From the NCBI GenBank assembly GCA_964016885.1, contig OZ024753.1:19034001-19098000 (forward strand): a DNA stretch of 64,000 bases. Direction: 5' to 3'. A program made the translations under genes and the position numbers. Source of the DNA: Eledone cirrhosa. Lineage: Eukaryota. Shown piece by piece: positions 63,705 through 64,000 of this stretch. Below the pieces are notes generated by a model. The model saw only the letters and a list, made by a program, of their open reading frames with translations, made no database searches and was not told the origin of the DNA. The first letter of the stretch is position 1. Each line of letters opens with the position of its first letter.

Positions 63705-64000
63705 CAATATTAAATAAATGGAAAACTATATTTATAAAACCATATTTATTTCATTATATATATTTTGGGGATATCATATTAACAATATGCTATGCCTTCA
63801 TCAGACAAAATACAATATAAACAGTTTTATAGATAAATCTATAAAATGCTAGAGTAAACCTCTTCAAATGAAGTTGATGTTTATTACGGTATGTCGAATA
63901 TATTTATCTATAAAACTGTTTATATTGTATTTTGTCTGATGAAGACATAGCATATTGTTAATATGATATCCCCGAAATATATATAATGAAATAAATATGG
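63705..64000. mobile_element. Fold-back PLE end related to 22205-22330; HHR 63930-63991 (+, intact core) and 63749-63816 (-, G12 lost)
   Basis: ttttgt-CTGATGA-[hairpin]-GAAA-tatata-TA-atgaaa; 63740-63838 is inverted at 63902-64000. Confidence 0.78.

Overview
No host gene is recognisable in this window. It is AT-rich, (TA)n-saturated eukaryotic repeat DNA. The SINE and LINE repertoire resembles octopus/cephalopod genomes (inference, not verified). Contents: (1) an apparently intact Tx1/L1-clade LINE (1-5428); (2) many Penelope-like elements (PLEs), mostly of the type with a C-terminal CxCx5C + GIY-YIG endonuclease ('Hydra-like'), including one very young near-complete copy (33588-40937) whose only visible lesion is a TAG at a Trp codon; (3) several non-coding PLE-like repeat families; (4) about 30 intact or decayed hammerhead ribozyme (HHR) motifs from a dozen or so families, found by eye, including core variants and very long stem II insertions; (5) at least nine fold-back inversions, mostly with HHR-bearing ends pointing outwards into (TA)n; (6) RTE LINE copies, two with twin-priming-type inversions, plus bipartite non-autonomous RTE derivatives; (7) many tRNA-derived SINEs whose 3' stem-loop and (ATT)n tail match the Tx1 LINE 3' end. 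The best candidates for undescribed biology are the Tx1-SINE pairing, a 260-bp tRNA-in-a-hairpin repeat unit, a conserved non-canonical three-way RNA junction in an otherwise HHR-less family, and the non-coding HHR families. All folds and boundaries were derived manually and are approximate. Family names X, Y and Z are my own labels.
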